In this document: piece after piece, positions 1-12,597 of the stretch
How positions within the stretch are numbered: position 1 is the stretch's first letter
Layout of the letters: each line of letters opens with the position of its first letter
Origin: Phoronis australis
Lineage: Eukaryota > Animalia > Phoronida
DNA length: 64,000 nucleotides
Direction: 5' to 3'
NCBI GenBank assembly: GCA_002633005.1
Contig: NMRA01000786.1
Span: 18,981 to 82,980, forward strand
Notes under the pieces: generated by a model
What the model was told of the DNA's origin: nothing
The model's database searches: none
What the model saw: the letters and a program-made list of their open reading frames with translations, nothing else
Program-made: the position numbers and the translations under genes

Positions 1-1749
1 TCGTCGCTGTCACGAAATTCCTCCTTGTCTCAATCAACAAATGTGCTCTGTTGAGTTCAGTTAATTCTCGCTGATCTTGATACGGCAGTCAGAGGCAAGA
101 GTTAATCATTGAGATATCAGCTACACGGCGACCAGCCATCTTACTGTCTTGAAAACATGCCGTGACCTAGCTCGCGACCCCACGGTTTCACGCCCACTTA
201 ACTAGTTCTAGCGAATGAGGTCAGCGATGCATTGGGTTAAAAGGTCGTGGCTAGCTAAAAGACTGGTGAGTGACACTTCTGTTGAAAATACCCCGAATGC
301 AAAAAGTGAAATAACGACTTATGATTGGACGAAAAACTCAAAGAGATTACTACATGCATAATGAGCAGAGTTTGACCTTTCTGTTGATGTGTTTACGAGC
401 GAAATTGGGTCATCGGAAGACTGATCAATGAGGACACGAAAATCGGCAAATTTCGATGAAAATTTCACGAGATATGCAGTCGTGGAGAAGGTGATGTTTT
501 TCAAAATGAAATAAATAAGGTTTAAAATGAAGTTTGATCGTTTTAAAGTATTGTTTTGTGGAGCAGAATGAATAAATAATCATAATCTGCAATAAAAAAA
601 ATTTGACCTAATTTTAACCGATAGCGACAGTTTGCAGTCTTGTCAGGAAATTGAGTTTCCGACTTAAGACTCATTTTGTCGTGGTGGGTCACATTTATGG
701 TTACAGTCTTGTACTGAGCTGCCAAGTTCATAGTCTGAGAGCAGTTTTAAAATTAGTTGTAATAAAAGTTTGAAAAACTTAATTCAGATGTTTTTTGTGT
801 TTAGGATGTTTATAGTCGACACTCCGTGTCAATGACATTTTCAGCGTACGGTTCTGCGGCTAGCTGTTTTATCTCGACCGCCCGGCATTGCTCACTTGCC
901 GTTGCGCCAAACATGCTCCGCAAAGAACTAGGCCTAAGACAAGAATCGGGGTTAAGCGGCCGTGAGCCACTCTTCAATCAAGAATAAAATTTCGAGCCAC
1001 GACATAAATATGTGATAAAACGCTACAAAACAGCGATGTTTCAATTCATAAACGATCACCTTACCAAACTTCGTGGTGGAAAAACATTTTTTTTCATGCA
1101 AGATGTCCAGATTATCCTATTTATATCACTTGCAATATCGCACTGCGACACTGTTCGGTCCCGTTGTTAGCGCGCAATGTCTCAGTCGGCTGACAGTCGT
1201 GACTTGGAAATGTCGTCAAGTAATATAACGGCCTCTTTCAATATGCATCTCTTTTTTACGGCCAAAGATAGCTGCGGGATTCAGCACGCGCGTAGGGCCT
1301 ACGGGCGAGTCACCTGTCAATCACATGTTGGTGTCAAGGTAACGTGCACTCCAAAGTGTGGGAACTTGCGTGCGTGCACCACTACAAAGTCACACATCAA
1401 AAGAGAATAGCGACAGTCCTAAGTAACAGAAACGGTCGAGACAATATACTTTTAACCATTGTCTCATTTCTCTGGCCTGATTTTTTCGAATATATGTTTG
1501 ATCAAGTGCACTGCAGACGAAAACTCAGCGCGGCAGACGAAGTCGCTGAAAGCGGAGGTTTTGACGCCGGCGGCGTTCTTAAACTTTGCAAACATGGGAA
1601 GAAATTAAAGTGACAAAAACGTTCAAGTATTATATTTTGAAGTGAGTCCATGACCCAAGGCAATAACTCGTTACTTGTATAACTGCAATTCACATTGCTA
1701 AACCACCGTCTCGGAGGCCCGGCGTCGTTGCGCTCATTGTGATCATCGA

Positions 1750-1979
1750 TCTTTTTCTAAAAGTCGGGGAATCGCGCGTTTCCTTAGCACCAGGCGCTAA
1801 ATCGTCATTCCTTAAAAGTCGGGGATGGGCGCTTAACCGAGAGGTGGGCGCTTAACTGGAAATCTTCAAAAATCGCAGGGGGCGCTTAACCGAGCAGTGG
1901 GCGGTTAAATCGAAAATCCACCTAAAGTAGGGGGTGGGCGGTTAACTGAGCATGGGCGTTAACCCGAACGTTTACGGTA
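1750..1979. mobile_element. Terminus of a non-autonomous DNA transposon with GGGCGCTTAAC subterminal repeats
   Basis: About 6 copies of GGGCG(C/G)TTAAC ending in TTTACGGTA (1971-1979), a Tc1/mariner-type MITE end. The partner end was not seen and may lie left of the window. Confidence 0.6.
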
Positions 1980-4900
1980 CACCGTTTTGTGGCATATTAC
2001 GAGACCATTTTTATGAAAGCAAAAAGCATAATTTGATTTTCGTTTTGAACCAGCTAAACAGAGCAAAACGTGACCTCAAGGTATTATACACTAGCCAAGC
2101 TGCATTTGTATTTATGTAGTTAAATTGTATCTAGTTTGCAAAAAAATCGATCTTTGCTCTAACGATGTACATCGCAGGCATGCATTGTCTGCACAACGCT
2201 CCTACGTCATAGTACGTATAATGCAGTCAGCAGCACATCCGTTTTACTGTTTAGTCATTCATAAATAGCAACGTGCTTGCCATGTTGTATTCGTATTATC
2301 GCACAACTATGTTCCACTAATATTTTCCTCATTGAACCAAATTAGAACATAACTGTAGTTATTTGATACGGATGCCAGTTCAATTATAATTACCTTGATT
2401 TCACATTTAGATAGTTATTCAATGTACTCAGACTCGGGTAGGTTCGCTGCTTTTTTAATACTAAATAACTGAGAACAAGATAAGGTTATTTAGTGATGAG
2501 TTTCTATGGGTATGTGATGGGCAGGTCTTGGAAGTTATGACTGACCCCTTACCAATTCTTACTATTGTCATCGTTGAGGTGTTTCACATTGCAGTACCAC
2601 TGATGGATATGGAATGTCTTTGCAGTAGTATAAATTTTCCAAAATTCACATCTTTCTAGACCTGAAGCTTTGCTCCAGTGTATTCCTTTTAACTGTAGAA
2701 CCAGAGCAGTAAGTTGATGAATTGCAGCCCGGGTGATTAGTTTGCATGGCTCTCTTTTTCTTACTAATGTCTTGGAACTCTGCCAGTTAATGTGAGCCTG
2801 TTTTGTGCAGATCAAAGGAATGAACAGGGCGTGGAAACAGTTCCATGATCGCCCTCGAAACAGGAAACTCAAAATTCACTAGGTGTTGCTTGTCAGGTAA
2901 CGTACCTTCCTATACCAATACTTCCATCCAGGTATATTAATCACATGGCTCTCTTATTATTTGAATGCCTTCATTCTGAGTATTACTGCTTTCTGTTCTC
3001 AAGCTGTCTGTAAGGATCTCAAAAAGAGGGATCTCTATTTGGAAGTGTCATCCAGTGAATACCGGGTCACCGATATTCAACATCAAAGACCTGCCACGGC
3101 ACCCTTATCAGAGTTGGAACTCTTTGTCAGAAAAGTTATTGTAAAGTGTCTAGGAGATGGCAATAAATTTTTAATTCATTTCTGACCGCATAAGCACCTT
3201 TAAAAAATTCAAAAACCTCAGAGGACGTTCAAAAATATCTTTGAAAACGCCATCATTATGTGTAGCTCGCATTTCATGGCATGCATGATGACTAGGCAAT
3301 GCTTTGTTCCAGACTGACCATATATTTAAACAATATGTTGGATTTGTCCCTGATTTTATTTGTTGCAAATATTTATAAAGGAGGTATTTGATGTCACACG
3401 AATTAATCGTGTCCTTATTTCACAAACAAACTTTACTTTACATTTCTCTATCTACATCTGTAATGAGAGTTAGAAATGTTCATTTTGTTCAGAAAACGTA
3501 GGTTCATTAAGTGAGTGATGGAAAATTATTGCATCCATGTTTGGCGACTTGTGTGAGTGAGGATCCAGTTGAATTTGTTGCTAACAATCTGAGGTCGCAT
3601 TATACGAGCTGGCTAAACTCACCAAGTCTACCCTGGAATCGTTTCCTACCCCTGGTTATAAGATGACTTCTAATTTCTTCTTTCTCACTTTTGCCCTTCA
3701 AATACACACATGACTAATCAGGAAGCTCTTTCAAAGCAACAATAACTCAATAAATGCTGGTTTATCTGGTCTGGTTGCCATGACTACAGACATGATAGTC
3801 TGTTCCTTGGTAGCCAATTGCCATGTGTTCACTGTGACTGGGCATACAAGTAGTGATCATATCATATTTTTAAATCATTGCACTGGATGAACTTAACTCA
3901 TTTCAGGTGCAGTCAATAAGGACACCGATAATGTGACAANAAAGATTTCTTGAATTTTAGGTGTTACGATATTCCACTCCGAAAATGTCAGTCATATGCA
4001 TGTTTTTCACTGAAAGTATTTGGTGTTGAGCTGGAACCACATGCCATGTGTTCTAGTGTTCCACTCTACGTCTATTTTAAGCTTAGTCAATATAAAAGAT
4101 GTCTATAAATATATTCCACAATGCAATTCAGGTGCAGTACCTTATACGTAATGTTAGAAGATTGACAAAAATGTGAAAAAATAAAATTGCTCTAAACTGA
4201 CAGACTTTTTGTAGACATGAGAAAATCTCGCGTCGGCGTTAAGAATGAACTTGAAATTGTGCAATTTTTTATGAAAAGCTGCTTCAGAAATCATGTCTTC
4301 CAGGGCTTGACGTAAAGAGCGGTATTTGTAACCAGAAATTTAGAAATGTCAGCTGAGATATTGGCCAACTCTTGTGTTGGGCTGGTCCAACTCGTGTGGT
4401 CTAAGTCTCATTCCTTGAAAACGCCTCAACAGTTCTTTCGGTGAACTGGAAAATAGATGTCGTAACAACTCGCCCCAACGTTTTTGTTTTTGATCCTCAA
4501 GGTTTTGTGACCTGGGATTTATGTGTGTGCAAGCTGAATTTTAAAAGACAGTAAGCTTCGATTTCAGCTGGATCGCAAATGCCATCATGTATCTTTCCAT
4601 GCTGTCCAAAGCTGTCTTTAGTGTTTTTATAAATAATGCATATACATGGTTCTTTTACTATGTCACCATAGACATTTTAATAATAGGAATAATAACAGGA
4701 CATTGGTGTCTGAATTTTGTGAAGTAAATTATGCAAAAGGTCGACACACATAGACTTCTAGGCCTTCTGCGGGTCCATTGCAACAGACACTGTGCTGACT
4801 TTGCTGCTCGACTCAGCAAGTCTGACAGTCTGCTTGTGTAATTTTGTGAGCGTTTTAACGCTTTTGTTGTCTGTAAGAGTTTTCCCTGAAACTGGTTTAC

Positions 4901-5082
4901 TTCTAAGGCATTCTTTCTTAATGCTTCGGCTAAGTGAAACACCGATCGACATGGTGTTCTGGTGCTTTTATCCTATCACCATCTCCTTCACCTCAACTTG
5001 TTGTTTTCTCACCTTAAGTATGACATTAAAGATTAAACCTGGCTAGAAAGTAGAAAATTACATTTCCTTTATTTATTTGCAG

Positions 5083-5181
5083 GCTTTCTGTCCTGGGATA
5101 CTGATGCAACGGGATGTGATATCAGTGGCGTTCTCGAACGTATCGCAGATGCTGCCCCCAATGGAGAGGAAGGGGAATTCG
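5083..5181 (+). CDS. futsch: MAP1/futsch-family gene, internal coding exon (99 bp, phase 1-1)
   Basis: Acceptor tttatttgcAG ends at 5082; donor GTAAG starts at 5182. Translates (G)FLSWDTDATGCDISGVLERIADAAPNGEEGEF(G), matching the MAP1/futsch N-terminal GFLSWD/GIRSWD motif. Splices in frame to 11558. Confidence 0.9.
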
Positions 5182-6519
5182 GTAAGACGCAATTGCAGCA
5201 GCTCAGGACTTAAGTTGAAACATGCCAACTCCATGTTTTCCGCTGTTGTGTGCGGTAAAAGTTCTTCAATTAAGGACAAAAATGGTTACTAGAATAACCA
5301 TAACTTTCTATAACCATAACTTTCTGTAGATATTTTCATGCACTTGCTACGTGAGTACAAATTTCCAAGGTTTTTTGGTGACAGTTAAATTAAACTGTGT
5401 CAAAAACTAAGCAAATTTTTCTGAAATGTTCTTTTTCTTGAAAGATTTGGTGACACAAATTTTCTCTTTTGCGTTAGAGAGTAGAGTTTTAATTATTAAT
5501 TTGCTGTAAATCAAAGTTATATCAAACAGTACTTTGACGAGTCAAAACTAGCTATTTCAAGCTTAGATAAATGAAGATTGGACTTAAATATTACTTTAAC
5601 CAAAAAACATAACTGTATATGAATCCCATTCTGATCTGAGTATAACCATAGAGAAGAAGGACTATTAAGTTCCCTAATTTCACTACGCGATTTGTGTAGT
5701 CATTGCAAAAGTAATGAAATATTTGACTCTCACTAATGTATGAAATGGGGGGTCCCAAGATAATAGCCATAAACAAGGCTTCTCATACCTCTAATTCTTA
5801 TTGTATGAGCGACATGGTTTGCAATGAACAAGCAGTCGGGAACGGGAAACACCTGACAACATTGATTAATGGCATGTTCATGGTAATCAATTTGTGAAAA
5901 ATAGCGAAATGGCAATTTTGTCAATTATTTTTGTGCGGAATTACTGAAAATTCATCACACCACTGTTCAGTGACCAAGCATAGACTACATTGTATTGCTG
6001 ATTTTTTTCCCGTTCTCGTATAGTGTACTTTGCAAGTTATTGATCCAGACATTATGTCAGCCTACTTAGGTATCAGCTTCCCTTCGATTTTGCATTCAAT
6101 TTAGCGCTGCGACAGGAAGTGAGCCTATTGCACGCGCGAACAGTTTCGCAGTGAATTTATTCCCACGAGATATGTTCATGGAGTGTAAATGTATCCTCAT
6201 ATACTTGGGATCCTTTTAGAAAATGCGGCTGTGGGTCAATGGACTCAAATGACCTCAAATCTAAGAGACAAATTGAAGGACCTGTGGGTCACATTAGTGT
6301 AAATATTCTTTCCTTTTAGATATGATTTTCATTAGGCAGTGCCATTTTAACATTGTGATTTCATTTGCTATTTGAGTGCATTTCACCAGGATTAGTGATT
6401 GGCCTAAATGGCTAACTGGGTTTCGCTTAGCAAAACACATAATCCACAACTTGGCTTTTGAAGGCCAGTGAGAAGTGACGTACAGTATGTCAGGGAGAAA
6501 AGTGATTTTCTGAGATCAA

Positions 6520-6575
6520 CCCCAATGCGGATTCGAACCTGCAACTCAAATGGTCGTAGCCAACCGCTCTGCTGG
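6520..6575 (-). mobile_element. Degenerate tRNA-derived SINE head
   Basis: GGATTCGAACC is the reverse complement of B box GGTTCGAATCC. No cloverleaf. Confidence 0.45.
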
Positions 6576-6813
6576 TAGAGGTAAACTCCACTATTTTATG
6601 ATGTCTACTTGACTGCTAAAGTCAACGACATTGATTTCAACGAACGTCTTGCAGGCCATTGCAAGAATTTGCAATTTTTAATCAAATCACAAAAACAATG
6701 GATTTTGTTCTCAGCTCCGGTCAAAGCTAATAATTTTAACAAGACTAACAATAATCACACAAATGCATTTTTCGACCTTGACGCCAATAATGTCTTCGGA
6801 GTTTATCAAAAAA

Positions 6814-6873
6814 AGCATATTTGGGCCGGGTCTTGCATGTTTGGGCCCGGTCTAGCATATTTGGGCCGGGTCT
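6814..6873. repeat. 20-bp tandem repeat, 3 copies
   Basis: Unit (a/t)gcat(a/g)tttgggcc(g/c)ggtct repeated three times. Confidence 0.85.
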
Positions 6874-9800
6874 GGTATGCACCAGCATCATTTTCAAACT
6901 GTTCATCACTGCTTTGAAATATTTTGCACCTGCTCGCATGACATTTTGTCATAAAATTCATACGCCTCACAGATGCATTCGTGTTAGTTTCCAAAATAAA
7001 ATTGAACGTAATTGCCCAAAAAATCTACCGTACCTTCATGACGAGTTGAGGAACTTAGTGCTGGTTGCGGGAAGTGTGACATATTCACCATTTCAACTTG
7101 CGCCGATATTAAATTCTTCATAATATGCAAACAAATGGCTTAACATGTGGAAACAACCAAATTTGACTAAAATGGGAATCTCAAACCACCGAATGAAATA
7201 ACAACAGTGTGAGGCTCAGGTGGTATCAATAGGTTTTCATGGCTGGTATGACTGGCATTTCAGGAATCGTTGGTGAACTGAAGTAAGAGGTAACGTTGTG
7301 TCATGGAAGTAGACTTAAGTATTTAACCAAAGATTTTTATATTGGCCAATGCGCAAAATTGTGTTAAAAAGGCGTGTAATTTGATAACAGAAAAGAGGAA
7401 AACATAAAGGCATATTTAACTTGTTATTACTTGGTATGTATTTTCAAGTGTTTGTACTAGAATAACCCCTTAAGATGAAATCTTTAAGTACTAAGTACTC
7501 AGGATGTCAACTGAATATGGGCCTGAAAAGAACTTTGGATCGCTATCTTTTGTGGCCCTGCTCAACAAAATACAGTTCTCCACAATAAAATTTTGTAACT
7601 GTAATCACTCACAATGTTACCATCTATGACACCAGGACATTTGACAAGTTGAGTGACCTAAAAGTAATTGTTCTAAACTTGGCGGATTCAGCTCACATAT
7701 GACGTCACAGTTGTAGTGACTGTAAACTTTTCAAAATTTCCCGGTCAGTCGTACAAGGCATTTCTTTCGCGAAATAAGAGGGTTTTATTCGTTATGTTGC
7801 TATTCTGTTCTAAGTTATACTAGTTTTCGAAATAAACTGGTCAACGTCGAAATTGGGAAAATTTTCGTGGCACAAAAATATGACTTGGATTTATTTCTGG
7901 CTAAAAATCTCAACAGATGTTGGTCCACACACTTTGCAACTATTCAAAAATAGCCAATTCTCAGCATTTAATAGTTATAATATTGCGTTAAAGTCTGGCA
8001 AAATTTTAGCAAAACTGCTAATATATTGCGACAAATGTACAACTAAACTGCCAAACAATTCTGGCGTGAGGTTTGTCATTAAGTTTGGTGGTGTCATAAA
8101 CATAGCTCTGTGGTAGTCTGTCCAGTTTATGTTGAAAACTACTCCACAGCTAAGTACTATTGTACTGGCTTTGAAATATCACACTAAAATTTGAGTTTGA
8201 TTGTTAGGACTCGTAATTAGTGAACCTATTGGGTGGGGAACTACACTGCCTTGTCACTCAACATGGGAAGTGTCAGGTATACAACATGAATAAATAATGT
8301 TTTGTATAAAATGTGAATAGTTAATAATTGAAAATGTGGACATTACTGTGTATGCAGTGGTTGTCATTCAGCTTGACCTAATCTTATCAAAATAGTTCTC
8401 TTGGTGAAACAGCAATCTCCCTTGGACTGAGCGGCAATGATCAGAATTTCATGAAGCGATTCAAATTTAAAAAATAAGAAATATCAAAATTGCCATTGCT
8501 TTTTAATGTTTCAGATATGTACTGCACTGTTCAACTGATGTCTCTAAAAACAGTCTACACCTGTAGCTAGTAATTTTTTGTTATATTTTTTCTGTTGTGA
8601 AATTCGATGGTCCAAGTAGTGAGTGTGTTCGGAGCAGTGGGATTTTACCGTATTTCCACTTTACCCTGGTGATTATATGCATTTTGTCTAAAACAAAAGA
8701 ATGTGGTCGGACTTAACCAGCTGACAATTCTACCAACCTTTACTTCAATGTTGCTCAATGGCAAACAAGCCGAGCAGAATTTCAAGTTAACTCGACTTAA
8801 AAAAAAACAAAAATAGAATTCCACCTTGTACTCTCGTAAAGTCTGTTTCATGTAATAAGTGCTTCAACATGATAGGATTCTATTTGATTTGCCAACCCAG
8901 AAAATGGCGCATATACGCATTGCCTGCGTGTCACTTTAGTCGGAAATAGAATCCTGCCATTGTAGTGTAAAGAATATTACAAGAGCAATTTTATGAAAGT
9001 AAGAGGCCTTATTTTTTATTTGTTTTAGATGAGCTTAACAGGGCAAAATTCAGCTTCGAAAATTAAAATTCTGTTTATCGGGCAGGCATGGTCCTGGCCG
9101 TTATTTTTCTAAGTTATCCTTAGTAAGCTTCTGAGCCTGCTCACGAAACACTCCTCTTTCGCTCGTGTGACTTTGTGTGGTACTGCTTTTTCTCTTCCAA
9201 TGGTGGAACGCAGCCCTCGAGTTTAGGCTTTGGTTTGAAACAAACATCTTCTGGCGCAAATATACACTCGTGGTCATGGATTATTGTACATTTGTGTTGC
9301 CTAACGAGTATCCTCAGAGCCCCTTCTGGGATCTCATTTATTGATTTCTAACCACACTTGATAAATACCAAGTCAGCTGACCGATCTGCATCAGTGTGGC
9401 ACATTTGTGTACAGGAGGTAATGAGTCACAATTAACGTTTTTCCAGCAGCCCAGTGTCAGCTGTTGTTTGAACAAATGTTTGAGAAATGAGTAATTGTGG
9501 AATCTGCTTTTTTTTCTCCTGATACGTACAATTCTGTTGGTATTCAATTAGTCTAGTGGCAAGGAAGAAGACGGAATAGTTATTGAATTGTAGACCATTG
9601 TGTTCTAAAAATTGATCAAATTGAAGACGCAGATCATTATGTTAAAGTTATTCTAGTAATTGTGCAGTATTATCTTGATTAATTTACTAACTACTTGTTA
9701 AAGCCATAGGTGGCAGCACATCCTAATCCATACTGCACATTACACTTAACCCTAGCTAAAGTATAAGTCACGTTTCAATGCGTACCCTTCAAGTGTAAAT

Positions 9801-10291
9801 GAACATCTTTGGAAGAAAATTGAGTCTTTAAATCTTTCAAAATCATACAAATATTCTCGAAATCAACATTTTATTACATTCATGAAATTGAAGACTGAAC
9901 TCCATTATGGTCAATGTGCTTGATGTCAAGCAGAAATGTCCATAGAGTTGTGGAGAGGTAACCCATCCGCCAGCCTGCAGTGATGCCGACAGGTCAGGCA
10001 GCACAGGTTAAGGCATCACAGTCAGGTTACACAGCACAGACGGGACCTATCTACCTAAGTCAGTGCTTATGCACTATTACAGACTGAACTCACTTTGGTA
10101 GTAGTCAGTGTCACACATCATTCTGCACCTGTTCTTTTAGGTTTTATCTAGTAATTACTACTAATATAATAAAACAATATTACTAATTGCTAAAGCCAGT
10201 GTCTGTACAGTCCCATAACAAAACGGGGAAAGACAGGTGCTACGTCACAATATAGCAGATAAAATGTCCTGGCTAGTTTGCCCTTGCTGAT

Positions 10292-10584
10292 AGTTTATAA
10301 CATGGTAAATTGTTTGACTAAACATTACAGTAATATCTCAGTTTGTAACATCTATGGTAAATCGTTTGACTAAACATTATAGTAATATTTTAGTTTGTAA
10401 CATGGTAAATCGTTTGACTAAACATTACAGTAATATCTCAGTTTGTAACATGGTAAATCGTTTGACTAAACATTATAGTAATATTTTAGTTTGTAACATG
10501 GTAAATCGTTTGACTAAACATTACAGTAATATCTCAGTTTGTAACATGGTAAATTGTTTGACTACACATTCCAGTAATATCTCA
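10292..10584. repeat. 48-bp minisatellite, about 6 copies, alternating A/B variants
   Basis: Unit catggtaaatcgtttgactaaacatta(c/t)agtaatat(ctc/ttt)agtttgtaa. It explains the repetitive ORF at 10354-10593. Confidence 0.95.
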
Positions 10585-11557
10585 CCAATATAGGACACAC
10601 TATGGTGGATAAGTGAACTTTTCATTTTCTCAATTTGTTTCATGAAAGGTATTGTGTTAAGCACAAATCCAATGCTTTACTAATTGTACAAACTTGGTAC
10701 CATAGCTACCACCAGGCAATATTTTGAATATTTCTGTACATTCGCAACAATGTAAGAGACCTTGTTAAATGCAAAAAGAAAATTTGACAATTATTTTTGT
10801 CTAGATTTGGTGAAATTTTACAGTACATTTTATTTTTGGCTCGTGACCAAGCGGAAGGGTGTGAATGGTTCTCCGGAGCTATCATAAACACAAAAAATGC
10901 TCTGACTGAGCAATGTCACTCTAGAAATAGCAACTATGCTTCACATTTACAAAATCTTATGTGATAATTATAACTGGTATGTTTGTCATATCGATTTCTC
11001 ATATATGGCAATCAATTCCTGTTGACGGTGTGTGCCTAAAGGGGAACATTGCCATTTTTAAAGCATTTTTTATCTATTTGGCATGTTTTACTAGCCATTC
11101 TCAACCTTTTTGTAACAAAACGAAATTTAGTAAAAATAACAATTCGTCAACCGGGAAGTATGAGGTAGTGAGTAAAATATCTGCCATACTGAGTTAGCTC
11201 ATATACTCGCTTAAACTGGACTACAATTGGCTGAGATGCACACGTGATTGTTATTTACGGCCTTGATACATAACAATTTCTTGATTGACTTTGGCAATGA
11301 TTGTACCTAGAAATGGGTAATTTTATGCTCATGGCAGTGATTCGCCATTCAGAAATGCAGTGTTTGCATTGTGCGACTTCATGTCAGTGTCAGCACATTC
11401 GGTTTGAAAAACTGCTATTTTTGATTAATTTTAGTTTTATAAAAATTCACTCTGGAGATTCCAAGTTCCTTCCAAAGCAACTGCAGTACGCAAAATCTTC
11501 ACCAGATACCCCTTCAAAAAAGCTAACTGGTCCCATTAAATCCCTGTTTTATTTCAG

Positions 11558-11713
11558 GCGATGTTACCATCAAGTCTGCCGAGGAGGGATGTGTCGTCAC
11601 TATTTTGGCTAATCCCATCGTGAGTGGCGTAAAGGACAGTCTTCGCGACTTACTGGTGACTCCATCTAAGCACAAGCATGTCATCTTCGCTGGCCATTCG
11701 TTCCAGGGGACAG
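11558..11713 (+). CDS. futsch: MAP1/futsch-family gene, internal coding exon (156 bp, phase 1-1)
   Basis: Acceptor ttttatttcAG ends at 11557; donor GTGAG starts at 11714. Translates (G)DVTIKSAEEGCVVTILANPIVSGVKDSLRDLLVTPSKHKHVIFAGHSFQGT(G) and joins in frame to AWILQDDTFS of the large exon, as in the MAP1 HK..I..G....G..ILQ..T.S block. Confidence 0.92.
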
Positions 11714-12523
11714 GTGAGGCACCTTTTGGCTGCTGACCACAAAAACATTCTATGGAATTCAATGTAAAGTTCTTTCCAAACACACTACACATGGTGGAAA
11801 CCTTTACAGTACAAGACAAAAGTAATCAGACAACATACCATTTTCCAGTCATGGCGGCTAGTTCTTTGAACAGGAAAAATGGCGAGTAGTTCCTATTACG
11901 AAGGCAAAATAAATTTCTAACTACATTTGTATAGCAGAATGGCTTGAGCCACCTTGGTAACTTTCTTAATAGTTCTTCTTGATTCTCAACCACAAGACTA
12001 CTCCGATGGTACATTTGACTTCTACTCAGCCGTCATGACGGAATTTCAGGTTATTTTGTGTGAGCACTTTTGGCTTGTACTATCGTTGGAAGGAAACTAA
12101 ACATTAAAGAGTACCAAATCATTTAGAAGTAGGCCAGAAAATTTCGATCCAAAACTTTGCCAATTTTCAACTAGAAGAAATGTTGTTGACTTTTTCTAAA
12201 GTTGTAATTTGAGTATCTCCTTCAATTTTCTATTAGAAGAAAGAAAGAAAGGACTGGATGTGTCCACCATCTTGTATTTGCATTTTTGAATGGCCGTAGC
12301 TCAATGGTACTCATTTTCTTTTAAAGGATACAGGGTTGTCCTCTGTTTTGGAGCGATTAAGATATCAACTTAAACCCGTAGAGGCTAGCAAACTGAAAGT
12401 TTTCACGTGACTCCATAACCTAACGAAACGAAAAAAAGGTTCATGTATCTATTTATCCAATTATTACTTTTAAATTTTAGTTCATGTAATTTTCTCTTCT
12501 TTCATGAAAGACTTAAGACAGAA

Positions 12524-12597
12524 ATTTGGTCTTGCAGTCCCACTTCATTTGGTCTTGCAGTCCCACTTCATTTGGTCTTGCCAGTCCCACTTGATTT
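12524..12597. repeat. 23-bp tandem repeat, 3 copies
   Basis: atttggtcttgcagtcccacttc repeated three times. Confidence 0.9.

Noticed and set aside
150-495. First coding exon of the MAP1 gene at donor-like sites 266 (GTGAGT) or 491 (GTGATG)
   Set aside because: The required phase-1 frames hit stops within a few codons (TAA 256-258; TGA 457-459) and lack the expected LLxVxGEP-type motif.
10354-10593. Repetitive 79-aa ORF or CRISPR-like array
   Set aside because: Pure tandem 48-bp minisatellite with no spacers and no cas genes, in a eukaryotic intron.
11523-11819. 98-aa minus-strand ORF
   Set aside because: Antisense to the real MAP1 exon at 11558-11713.
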